Shown: positions 54,615 through 62,379 of the stretch, in pieces
Position numbering within the stretch: the stretch's first letter is position 1
Layout of the letters: each line of letters begins with the position of its first letter
Assembly (NCBI GenBank): GCA_964612085.1
Contig: CAZTCJ010000009.1
Location: 3,730-67,729 of the forward strand
Reading direction: 5' to 3'
Source: an uncultured Alphaproteobacteria bacterium
GTDB taxonomy: Bacteria; Pseudomonadota; Alphaproteobacteria; JAJFIK01
Length of the DNA: 64,000 nucleotides
The notes under the pieces: model-generated
The model's input: only the letters and a program-made list of their open reading frames with translations
Database searches by the model: none
Told to the model about the DNA's origin: nothing
Program-made: the position numbers and the translations under genes

Positions 54615-55784
54615 ATGGAAACCGACACCACGAGCCCGCCGGCGGGCGACTCGGAAACAATCGTCGGCGCGACCACGGGGCTGGTGGAAGAGACGGCCGA
54701 ATGGCTGACCACCTCGCCCGACTGGTGGCTCGCAGGCGCCGTCGCCGGGGGCGTTTTCGGCGGACTCATGGTGCTGCGCTGGATGCTTCTGATCGGCCTG
54801 AGCCAGGCCGGCGCCACCAAGCCGGAGTCCCAATTCGCTCTCGTCCATAGCCTGGTGAAAAAGACCGGGACGCTGTTCCTGCTGGCCGTCGGCCTTTACG
54901 CCGCCTCCCGCACCATCGAGATGCCGCCGAATTTGAACCTGGTGATCAACCGGCTGGCGATCATCATCATCGTGATCCAGGGCGCGATCTGGCTGTTCCA
55001 TCTGATTATGGGCCTGCTCAGGCGCTACGCGGAAAGCCGCCCGGAGGACGCCAACAACCTGCGCAACGCCATGGCGTTGATCCGTACCCTGCTGTTGATG
55101 GTCATCTCCTCCGTGGCGCTCCTGATGATCCTCGACAATCTGGGGATCGATGTCACCGCGCTGGTCGCCGGTCTCGGCGTCGGCGGCATCGCCATCGGCC
55201 TCGCCGCCCAGGGCATTTTCCGGGACATCTTCGGCTCCCTGTCGATCGTGCTCGACAAGCCCTTCACCACCGGCGATTTCATCGTGTTTGGGGACATGAT
55301 GGGTACGGTCGACCGGATCGGCCTGCAATCCACCCGCATCCGCAGCCTGTCGGGCGAACAGATCGTGGTCTCCAACTCCGATCTGCTGTCCACGCGCATC
55401 CGCAATTACAAGCGTATGTATGAGCGGCGCATCCAGTTCGCTGTCGGCGTCACATATGAGACCGACCACGAAGATTTGAAACAGATCCCCGACATCATCC
55501 GCGAGAGCGTCGAAAGTCAGGAACTGACGCGCTTCGACCGGTCCCATTTCAAAAGCTTTGCCGATTTCGCCCTTGTCTTCGAGACTGTCTACTTTGTGCT
55601 CGACCGCGACTACAACCGCTATATGGATATTCAGCAGGCGATCAATCTGGATATTCACAAACGGTTCCAAGCCCAGGGTATCGAATTCGCCTATCCCACC
55701 CAAACGCTGCACGTCGCCGCCATGGGCGCCGATCCCGTGAAGACCAGACCCTCATCAACTGACGATCCATCGGAAGAAGATTAA
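54615..55784 (+). CDS. mechanosensitive ion channel (MscS family)
   Basis: TM3-beta domain signature GIAIGLAAQGIF...DKPFTTGDFIVFGDMMGTVDRIGLQSTRIRSLSGEQIVVSNS. Start at METDTTS. Confidence 0.85.
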   Translation: METDTTSPPAGDSETIVGATTGLVEETAEWLTTSPDWWLAGAVAGGVFGGLMVLRWMLLIGLSQAGATKPESQFALVHSLVKKTGTLFLLAVGLYAASRTIEMPPNLNLVINRLAIIIIVIQGAIWLFHLIMGLLRRYAESRPEDANNLRNAMALIRTLLLMVISSVALLMILDNLGIDVTALVAGLGVGGIAIGLAAQGIFRDIFGSLSIVLDKPFTTGDFIVFGDMMGTVDRIGLQSTRIRSLSGEQIVVSNSDLLSTRIRNYKRMYERRIQFAVGVTYETDHEDLKQIPDIIRESVESQELTRFDRSHFKSFADFALVFETVYFVLDRDYNRYMDIQQAINLDIHKRFQAQGIEFAYPTQTLHVAAMGADPVKTRPSSTDDPSEED

Positions 55785-55795
55785 GGAGTGCTCCC

Positions 55796-56470
55796 ATGAG
55801 CCTGACTGTCTATGGCGCAAGCCTCTCCCCGTTCGTGCGCAAGGTGCGCGTGGTGCTCCACGAGAAAGGGCTCGGCTACGAGCTCGATCAGGTCAATGTC
55901 TTCAACCCGCCGGACTGGTTCCTGGAAATCAGCCCGCTGAAGCGCATCCCGGTGCTGCGCGACACGGACGCGGGCGAAGACGCCACGCTCGCGGATTCCT
56001 CGGCCATCTGCGCCTATCTGGAGCGCAAGGTGCCGGCCCCGGCCCTGCTGCCAGGCGACGCCTTCAGCTACGGCCGGGCCCTGTGGTTCGAGGAATATGC
56101 CGACTCCGAAATGGCCGCCAATATCGGCCTGGGCTGCTTCCGGCCCGTGGTGGTGGCGCGCCTGATGGGCCGCGACCCGGACACCGACAAGGCGGAAGAA
56201 ACCTGCCGGGAAAAACTGCCGCGCTATTTCGCCTATCTGGAGAAAGAGCTTACCGGCAAGACATACTTCGTGGACGACACATTCTCCCTGGCCGATATCG
56301 CCATCGGCACCCAATTCGCCAATCTGCGCCACACGGGCTTTTTGCATACCGTCGACGCCTATCCGAACCTCAAGGCCTTCGTGGACCGGGTCCATGGGCG
56401 CGACAGCTTCAAGACCTGCATCGAGGAAGAAACGGCCCTGCTGCGCCAGTTCGGCTTCTCCGATTTGTAA
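55796..56470 (+). CDS. glutathione S-transferase
   Basis: N-terminal thioredoxin-like fold (LSPFVRKVR...PLKRIPVL...LADSSAICAYL) and a helical C-terminal domain. Confidence 0.85.
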   Translation: MSLTVYGASLSPFVRKVRVVLHEKGLGYELDQVNVFNPPDWFLEISPLKRIPVLRDTDAGEDATLADSSAICAYLERKVPAPALLPGDAFSYGRALWFEEYADSEMAANIGLGCFRPVVVARLMGRDPDTDKAEETCREKLPRYFAYLEKELTGKTYFVDDTFSLADIAIGTQFANLRHTGFLHTVDAYPNLKAFVDRVHGRDSFKTCIEEETALLRQFGFSDL

Positions 56471-56671
56471 ACAGACGACCCTGTAGCAAAAACACGCCTG
56501 TTTTAGACGGTTTGTGAGTTTTCCGTACAAACCGTAACTAGCCGCCGTTTCCATTCCGATGGTACCGACGCCATTGGCAAGACCCTTGGGAAACCCGAGG
56601 GGAGGGGGAAACGCGTGCCGATGGACGGGGCGCGTCCATGTTTTAAATGCTGGATCTCAGGGGAGCCTTTC

Positions 56672-58153
56672 ATGGCTGACGTAACCTATCTTATGCCGTT
56701 CAACGCATTCGACCTCGATGCCTTGAACATCGAATTCGACGAACCGTTCGTTGAAACGATTTCCAATATGCAGGCTGTCGTGGGCTATGAAGGCACCATG
56801 CGGCTGACCCGCGCGACGGGCACGAACTTCGCATTCGAAGGCGCGCCGAATACGGATGATTTCAAGATCACCGGCGGCACGGTCAACAGCTTCGAACTGC
56901 TCGAAGACATGAGCACCACCTCGGTCGATATCAGCGGCCTCAATATCGATCTGACGGATGTGGCCAAGCTGATCGAAAAGAAGCCGGTCGAAAAACTGTT
57001 CGATGAATTCTTCGAAGGCGACGACACGTTCACCGGCTCCATGATGAATGACGGCATCATTTCCGGCGACGGCAATGACGGCATCGTGTCCGGCATGGGC
57101 GACGACACCATCGACGCCGGCAAGGACGACGATACGATCGAAGGCGGCGAAGGCGATGACACGATCGGCGGCGGCAAGGGCGACGACACCGCTGTCTATC
57201 AGGGCATGCGCGACGATTTCGACGTGGTCGTGATCGACAAGAGCACCGTTCAGGTGACCGACCTGCTGACCGAAGAAACGCTTGACGAAGGCGCCGACAC
57301 GCTCACCGATATCGAATTCATTCAGTTCATGGACGTTCTGCTCAATCTCGATACCGGCGGCATTTCGCCTGTGGGGTCGGAAATGAGCGAAACCCTCGAA
57401 GGATCCGAATTCGACGACATCCTGAACGGTCTGGGTGGTGACGATATCATCAACGGCAATGCCGGACGCGACCTGATCGACGGCGGCGAAGGCAACGACA
57501 CCCTCGACGGCGGCGACGACAAGGACGAAATGTTCGGCGGGCTCGGCGATGACACTTACATCATCGGCAAAGGCGACAAGATCTTCGAGAATGCCGGCGA
57601 AGGCACGGACACCGTGCAGGCGGAAGGCAACATCAAACTCGACGATAATTTCGAGAATGCCGTGCTGATGGCCTCCGAGAAGGGCAAAGGCAAGGTCAAG
57701 GGCAACGACCTCGACAACGTGATCACCGGCAGCGCCGACGAGGAGAAGCTCGACGGCCGGGACGGCGATGACACCATCGACGGCGGCGAGGGCGACGACC
57801 GGATCAGGGGCGGCGACGGCGGCGACATCCTGATGGGCGGCAATGGCGAGGACGACCTCGACGGCGGCGACGGCGGCGACATCTTCGTGTTCGACGATGA
57901 CGGTGCGGGCGATATCGACACCATCAGGGATTTCGAGATCGGCGTCGACACCATCGACCTGAGCGGTCTGCCCAACTTCACCGGCTTCGATGCGGTGGCC
58001 GCGAATGCGGTCGATGACGGCAAGAATGTCATCCTGACCGGCATGGATGGCGGCCAGCTCGTCATTGCCAAGACGAGCTTCGAAGAGCTGAGCGCGACGG
58101 ACTTCACCTTCGCGCCGGTTATCGAAATCATCGAGGAAATTTCCGTTCTCTAA
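56672..58153 (+). CDS. RTX-type calcium-binding repeat protein (probable T1SS substrate)
   Basis: Many GGxGxDxux nonapeptides (GGEGDDTIGGGKGDDTA, GGEGNDTLDGGDDKDEMFGGLGDDTY, GGEGDDRIRGGDGGDILMGGNGEDDLDGGDGGDIF). Acidic, no Cys, no signal peptide. Start at MADVTY, with GGGGAG upstream. Confidence 0.8.
   Translation: MADVTYLMPFNAFDLDALNIEFDEPFVETISNMQAVVGYEGTMRLTRATGTNFAFEGAPNTDDFKITGGTVNSFELLEDMSTTSVDISGLNIDLTDVAKLIEKKPVEKLFDEFFEGDDTFTGSMMNDGIISGDGNDGIVSGMGDDTIDAGKDDDTIEGGEGDDTIGGGKGDDTAVYQGMRDDFDVVVIDKSTVQVTDLLTEETLDEGADTLTDIEFIQFMDVLLNLDTGGISPVGSEMSETLEGSEFDDILNGLGGDDIINGNAGRDLIDGGEGNDTLDGGDDKDEMFGGLGDDTYIIGKGDKIFENAGEGTDTVQAEGNIKLDDNFENAVLMASEKGKGKVKGNDLDNVITGSADEEKLDGRDGDDTIDGGEGDDRIRGGDGGDILMGGNGEDDLDGGDGGDIFVFDDDGAGDIDTIRDFEIGVDTIDLSGLPNFTGFDAVAANAVDDGKNVILTGMDGGQLVIAKTSFEELSATDFTFAPVIEIIEEISVL
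57065..57900 (+). repeat. coding tandem repeats (RTX nonapeptide blocks)
   Basis: Three clusters of GGCGACGAC/GGCGGCGA-rich 27-nt periodic units within the RTX ORF. Confidence 0.7.
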
Positions 58154-58181
58154 GGCGGCAGCCTTTCGGAAAAGACGGTCT

Positions 58182-58212
58182 GGGCCTCTCTTGCAGAGGC
58201 CCGGATTTTTTA
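58182..58212 (+). terminator. intrinsic terminator after the RTX gene
   Basis: GGGCCUCU-cuugc-AGAGGCCC followed by GGAUUUUUUAU. Confidence 0.75.
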
Positions 58213-58252
58213 TCCGCCTACCCCTTATCCAATGACCCTTATTGAACGGCCC

Positions 58253-58534
58253 CTAGCCGCCAGCCAGGGCGTTGGCGAGGATCAGGGCATCGCCCGGTTT
58301 GAGCGCATGCCCATAGGCCGCATCGGGCCGGACCATGACCCCATCGTGAATGCATAAGATGTTGCGCCTTATGGCATGGCGTTCGTCGAACAGATGCAGC
58401 GCCAGGGCCGGATGGGCGCGGGCGAGATCCTCCAGCACCGCACCGACCGTATTCCCATGGGCTGTGAGCGTCCTGACGCCGCCGGTGACCACGGCCAGAA
58501 CCGGGGGCAATCTGACCTCGACAGCCCCGGTCAT
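58253..58534 (-). CDS. MoaD/ThiS-family ubiquitin-like beta-grasp protein ending in Gly-Gly
   Basis: About 93 aa, VEVRLPPVLAVVTGG...LKPGDALILANALAGG-stop. ATGA overlap with the upstream CIA30-like gene. Confidence 0.7.
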   Translation of the reverse strand: MTGAVEVRLPPVLAVVTGGVRTLTAHGNTVGAVLEDLARAHPALALHLFDERHAIRRNILCIHDGVMVRPDAAYGHALKPGDALILANALAGG

Positions 58535-59118
58535 GCGCCGCCGTCCCGGCACGCCTTGATCCAGTCCACCTGCAGGGCGAAGGGGCCGTCGATGCCATCG
58601 GAGATAATCAGTCCCAAGGTCTGCAGCCGCGCAGGGTCGAGGGCCGGCGCCCTGACCGGCTGGCCGAACGCCGATGCGCGAAACGCGCTCAGCGGGATGT
58701 CGGCCTCGGCCCAGTCCGCATCCGGACCGGTTCCGAACTCCGCGCGGTAGGCGATCGGCCGCCCGAAGGACCGGTCCCCGGTCTGGAACGTCAAGGCATA
58801 GCGGCGGCCATCACCCTTATACCGGATGCGGAACGACCGGGTCTCCGCATAAGCGCCTTCAACGAGCGGCTTGCGTACGGAAGAGAAGCCGCCGCCATCC
58901 GTATTGATGCTGCCGGAAAAGATCATGATCCCGTTCTCGAACCGGGGGGCGCCGCTTGAGCGCCCGCCCATGACATTGTCGTTCACGGTCCGCCAGGCAT
59001 CGATCTCCTTTTGGTCGGCGAATGCCGCCATGACCTTGCATTCGCCATCCTTGGCCACGGCAGACATGGTCCCCATACAGATCACCATCACTATCGTCCA
59101 CAATGCCAGATGCGCCAT
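58531..59118 (-). CDS. CIA30 (complex I intermediate-associated protein 30)-like domain protein, exported
   Basis: WRTVNDNVMGGRSSG...FSGSINTDGGGFSSVR is the CIA30 signature. Signal peptide MAHLALWTIVMVICMGTMSAVA. Confidence 0.7.
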   Translation of the reverse strand: MAHLALWTIVMVICMGTMSAVAKDGECKVMAAFADQKEIDAWRTVNDNVMGGRSSGAPRFENGIMIFSGSINTDGGGFSSVRKPLVEGAYAETRSFRIRYKGDGRRYALTFQTGDRSFGRPIAYRAEFGTGPDADWAEADIPLSAFRASAFGQPVRAPALDPARLQTLGLIISDGIDGPFALQVDWIKACRDGGA

Positions 59119-59193
59119 GAACCCCTCCCTTTTGGCAACAAGACCGTGTCTTATCCATACGGCCCGGCGGGGCGAAGGGATCACACGCTCCGG

Positions 59194-60315
59194 TCAAGGT
59201 TGGGCATAGGCGCGCACGCTCAGGATCCGGGGCAGGCCGGAGGCCAGCGCCGTCCAGCGGTCGCCCAGATCCTGACTGCCATAGACCGTGCCCGTGGTGG
59301 TGCCGAAATAGACGCCGCCGGGATCCGCCTGATCGGCCGCCATGGCGCCGCGCAGCACGCCGGAATAATCCGCCTCCGGCAGGCCCTCACTCGCCTCGGC
59401 CCAGGATGCTCCGCTGTCCCGGCTGCGATAAACCGACAGCCGTCCGCCATGGGGCATGCGGAAATTATCGCCTTCCAGAGGCACGATGAACACGGCCCCG
59501 GTCGCATGGTCCATGGCGATGGGGAAGCCGAAGGAGCCGCAGGTGCCGCCCGCCAGTTCCGCCGCAGGCAGACCGGTTTCGATCTGGCGCCAATGGTCGC
59601 CGCCGTCTTCTGACAGAAACACACCCTGATGGTCCTGGCGGAAGATCCGGTCCGGATCGCGCGGATCATGGGCAAGGCAATGGACGCACTGGCCCACATC
59701 CCCCGGCACGCCCTCGTTCTTGTGGTCCCAGGTCTTGCCGCCGTCATCGCTGCGGAAAAGGCCCGCGGCGGAAATCCCGACCCAGATGCGCTCCGGGTTC
59801 GTCCGGTCCGTGAGGATCGTGTGGGCGCATAAGCCCCCTGCCCCCGGCATCCAATGGGCCCGCGAGGGATGATCGTTCAAGCCCGAAACCGGCTCCCAGG
59901 ATTGGCCCCGGTCCGTGCTCTTGAACAGGCCCGCTTCCGAGACACCGGCGTAAATCGCGTCGCCCGCGTCGTGCAGGGTCCAGATCTGGTCCACATGGCG
60001 GCCATCCGCCGAATACTGACCGAAAGAGAAGCCCGCGCCGATCAGACAGTTATGATCCGCATTGCCCTTATCGCCTTCACGGAAGCGCGGCGCGGCCTCC
60101 AACTGCTCCCAGGATTTGAGATCCTCACTGACGAACAAGGCCGGACCGTAAACGTCGCTCGCCACCGCCAGCATGAAACGGCCGTGGCCGTCCCGGATGG
60201 ACGAGGTCACCGCCCAGCCGCGCAGATCGAAGCGGCAGGTCCATGTCTCCCGTGCCGCATCGCTTTCCAGAATGGCGACGCCCTTCTTGGTCCCGGCAAG
60301 GATGACGATGCCCAT
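59194..60315 (-). CDS. BNR/Asp-box repeat beta-propeller protein (sialidase/sortilin-like fold), cytoplasmic
   Basis: Asp-boxes STDRGQSW, SDDGGKTW, SEDGGDHW, SRDSGASW, SQDLGDRW. No signal peptide. Confidence 0.75.
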   Translation of the reverse strand: MGIVILAGTKKGVAILESDAARETWTCRFDLRGWAVTSSIRDGHGRFMLAVASDVYGPALFVSEDLKSWEQLEAAPRFREGDKGNADHNCLIGAGFSFGQYSADGRHVDQIWTLHDAGDAIYAGVSEAGLFKSTDRGQSWEPVSGLNDHPSRAHWMPGAGGLCAHTILTDRTNPERIWVGISAAGLFRSDDGGKTWDHKNEGVPGDVGQCVHCLAHDPRDPDRIFRQDHQGVFLSEDGGDHWRQIETGLPAAELAGGTCGSFGFPIAMDHATGAVFIVPLEGDNFRMPHGGRLSVYRSRDSGASWAEASEGLPEADYSGVLRGAMAADQADPGGVYFGTTTGTVYGSQDLGDRWTALASGLPRILSVRAYAQP

Positions 60316-60416
60316 GACGCGCTCCTTTTCAAGCGTAAGACTTGCAAAGGAACCCTACCACCAATCGCGGAGCGGGTGCACTAAAGGTCTGGATCATGTG
60401 AGATGAAAGGTGAAGA

Positions 60417-60492
60417 TGGTGCCGCCAGGGTGACTTGAACACCCGACCCTCGCATTACGAATGCGATGCTCTACCAGCTGAGCTATGGCGGC
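60417..60492 (-). tRNA. tRNA-Thr (anticodon CGU)
   Basis: Hand-folded cloverleaf from the reverse complement: GCCGCCA/UGGCGGC acceptor, anticodon stem UCGCA/UGCGA, loop UUCGUAA, T-loop UUCAAGU, encoded CCA. Confidence 0.95.
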
Positions 60493-60598
60493 TTACCGTG
60501 GCGTATTGCCTTGGGATCGCGGGCGTGCTTGCGACGCCCACAAGCGCGGACCATAGGGCCGGGCGGCGCAAAACTCAAGAGGCCGCGCGGCCCCAAAA

Positions 60599-62341
60599 TC
60601 ACGACCAGCGGCCGGCCCGTTCGCCGCTGTCATCGTCCTTTTCGGGCCCGGGATCGTCGGGGGGACGGGGCGGCACATAGATCTCCGATTTGTCGGACTC
60701 GCGCTTGGGCTGGTCCTGGCCGCCTTTGTCGTCCGGCTCGGTCTTGCGCGGCTTGTCTTCGGAGGAAGCGGGCTTTTTCTCTTCCCTCTCGGGCGGCTTA
60801 TTATCGGTCTCTTCCACCACCGCGTCGATCACCGGACCGTCCCGGCGGTCGCCGCGATCCATGGGCACCAGATCGACAGTCCGGGAGGTCTCAGGCTCCG
60901 GGGGCTTGGCGGGCTCCGGCGCCGGTTTCGCGCCGCCGCCCGTCCCGAGAATGCGGCTGAGCAGGCCCGGCTCCTGATCGTCCTCCGCCATGGCCTGGGC
61001 GATCAGCAGATCGGGATCCTCGGTCTCCTCGCCCTCGTCGGCGAACAGGGTCATGTCGCCCGAGGCCTTCCAATATTGGGAATCGAACGAATTGCATTGG
61101 GGGCAGAGCGCGCTCCATTGGGTGGACTGGCGCCCGCAGGAGCGGCACAGCCAGAGCGCATCGCGGGGCGCGTGGGCGGCCTGGCCCAGCCACTCCTCCG
61201 CCGCTTTGGTGTCCCCATGTTCGGTTTCCTCAAGCCGCGCCATCAGCTCGGCAACCCGGGTGGTGGGCGCGATCTCCAAAAGCGGCGCCAAGGCATCGCG
61301 CGCCGCCGCGAAGTTTTCGGCGGCGATGGCATAGCGCGCGAACAGGATGCGGCTTTCCACATGATCGCGATTAAGCTCGACAAGCCCCTTGATGCGCGCC
61401 AGCCGCTCTTCCGCATTCTCGCGCGGATGAAGCTGCGCATAGATACGGCCCAGTTCCGCATGGGGCATATGCGGCCAGATGGTCTCGATCACCGTGCCTG
61501 CCCGGCCCTTCTTACCGAAATTCTTCAGCACATCCGCCGCCAGCACGGCGGCGGGCGCCAGATCGGGTGCAAGCGACAACGCCTTTTGCGCCAGGTTGAG
61601 GGCGGCCTGGGATTTGCCGTCCCGGCGCGCCGCCATGGCCTCGGCCGTCATCAGAACCGCGAGGCGGCGGCGGGCGGCGGCATTGCGCAACAGCCGCGCC
61701 TTATTGGCGGCCTCGACCGTGCGCCGGGCGGCGGCCCATTGCTCGGTCTGAAGCTGCAAGGTGAACAGGGTGCGGAAGACCCGCGCATTGCCCGGTTGCA
61801 GCCGGAAAGCACGGCCCGCGATCTCGAGCGCCTTCGTCACATCGCCCTGATCGCGCGCCAGGCCCATCAGACCCACCAGACCCAGAACTTCCGTCTCGGG
61901 AACATCGAGCATGGCCTGATAGGCGCTTTCGGCCTCGGTATCCGCCCCGGTCAGTTCCGCCGTCTGCGCATGCAAAAGCAAAAGCAAAGGCCGGTCCCGC
62001 TGCGCCTTGGAGGCATCGGTCACCACCTTGCGGGCGGTCGAGGCATCGCCGGCCGCCAGGGCGATCAAGCCCCTGGTCAGGGCGGTGTGGGCGCGCCGCT
62101 CCTTGTGGCCCGCCACATAAGTGCCGACGGCCGCAAAGCGCCCGAAGACCCAGCCGATGATCTGTAGCAGGACATAAAGAACGAAGACGGCCAGCAGCAG
62201 GGCGACAAGGCCGAGGGCGACGGAGGCCTCGATCCGCACGCCCAGCCATTCGACCACGAGGGTACCCGGATGGTCCGCGAGCCAGACGGCGCCGATCGCG
62301 ATGACGGCCACTAGCAGGAAGATCAGAAGCGCGCGGACCAT
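60599..62341 (-). CDS. hemY: HemY-like TPR membrane protein with C-terminal zinc ribbon and charged tail
   Basis: HemY_N pattern MVRALLIFLLVAVIAIGAVWLADHPGTLVVEWLG, two TM segments, TPR region, CRSCGRQSTQWSALCPQCNSFDS. Confidence 0.8.
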   Translation of the reverse strand: MVRALLIFLLVAVIAIGAVWLADHPGTLVVEWLGVRIEASVALGLVALLLAVFVLYVLLQIIGWVFGRFAAVGTYVAGHKERRAHTALTRGLIALAAGDASTARKVVTDASKAQRDRPLLLLLHAQTAELTGADTEAESAYQAMLDVPETEVLGLVGLMGLARDQGDVTKALEIAGRAFRLQPGNARVFRTLFTLQLQTEQWAAARRTVEAANKARLLRNAAARRRLAVLMTAEAMAARRDGKSQAALNLAQKALSLAPDLAPAAVLAADVLKNFGKKGRAGTVIETIWPHMPHAELGRIYAQLHPRENAEERLARIKGLVELNRDHVESRILFARYAIAAENFAAARDALAPLLEIAPTTRVAELMARLEETEHGDTKAAEEWLGQAAHAPRDALWLCRSCGRQSTQWSALCPQCNSFDSQYWKASGDMTLFADEGEETEDPDLLIAQAMAEDDQEPGLLSRILGTGGGAKPAPEPAKPPEPETSRTVDLVPMDRGDRRDGPVIDAVVEETDNKPPEREEKKPASSEDKPRKTEPDDKGGQDQPKRESDKSEIYVPPRPPDDPGPEKDDDSGERAGRWS

Positions 62342-62379
62342 GCGGTGTTCAATACGTTACGAGGCAAAGACCCGCCGGC

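Noticed and set aside
56507-56535. A 9-bp hairpin (ACGGTTTGT / ACAAACCGT) after the GST gene, considered as a terminator.
   Set aside because: No U tract follows it. It may still help 3'-end formation, but the evidence is too weak to annotate.
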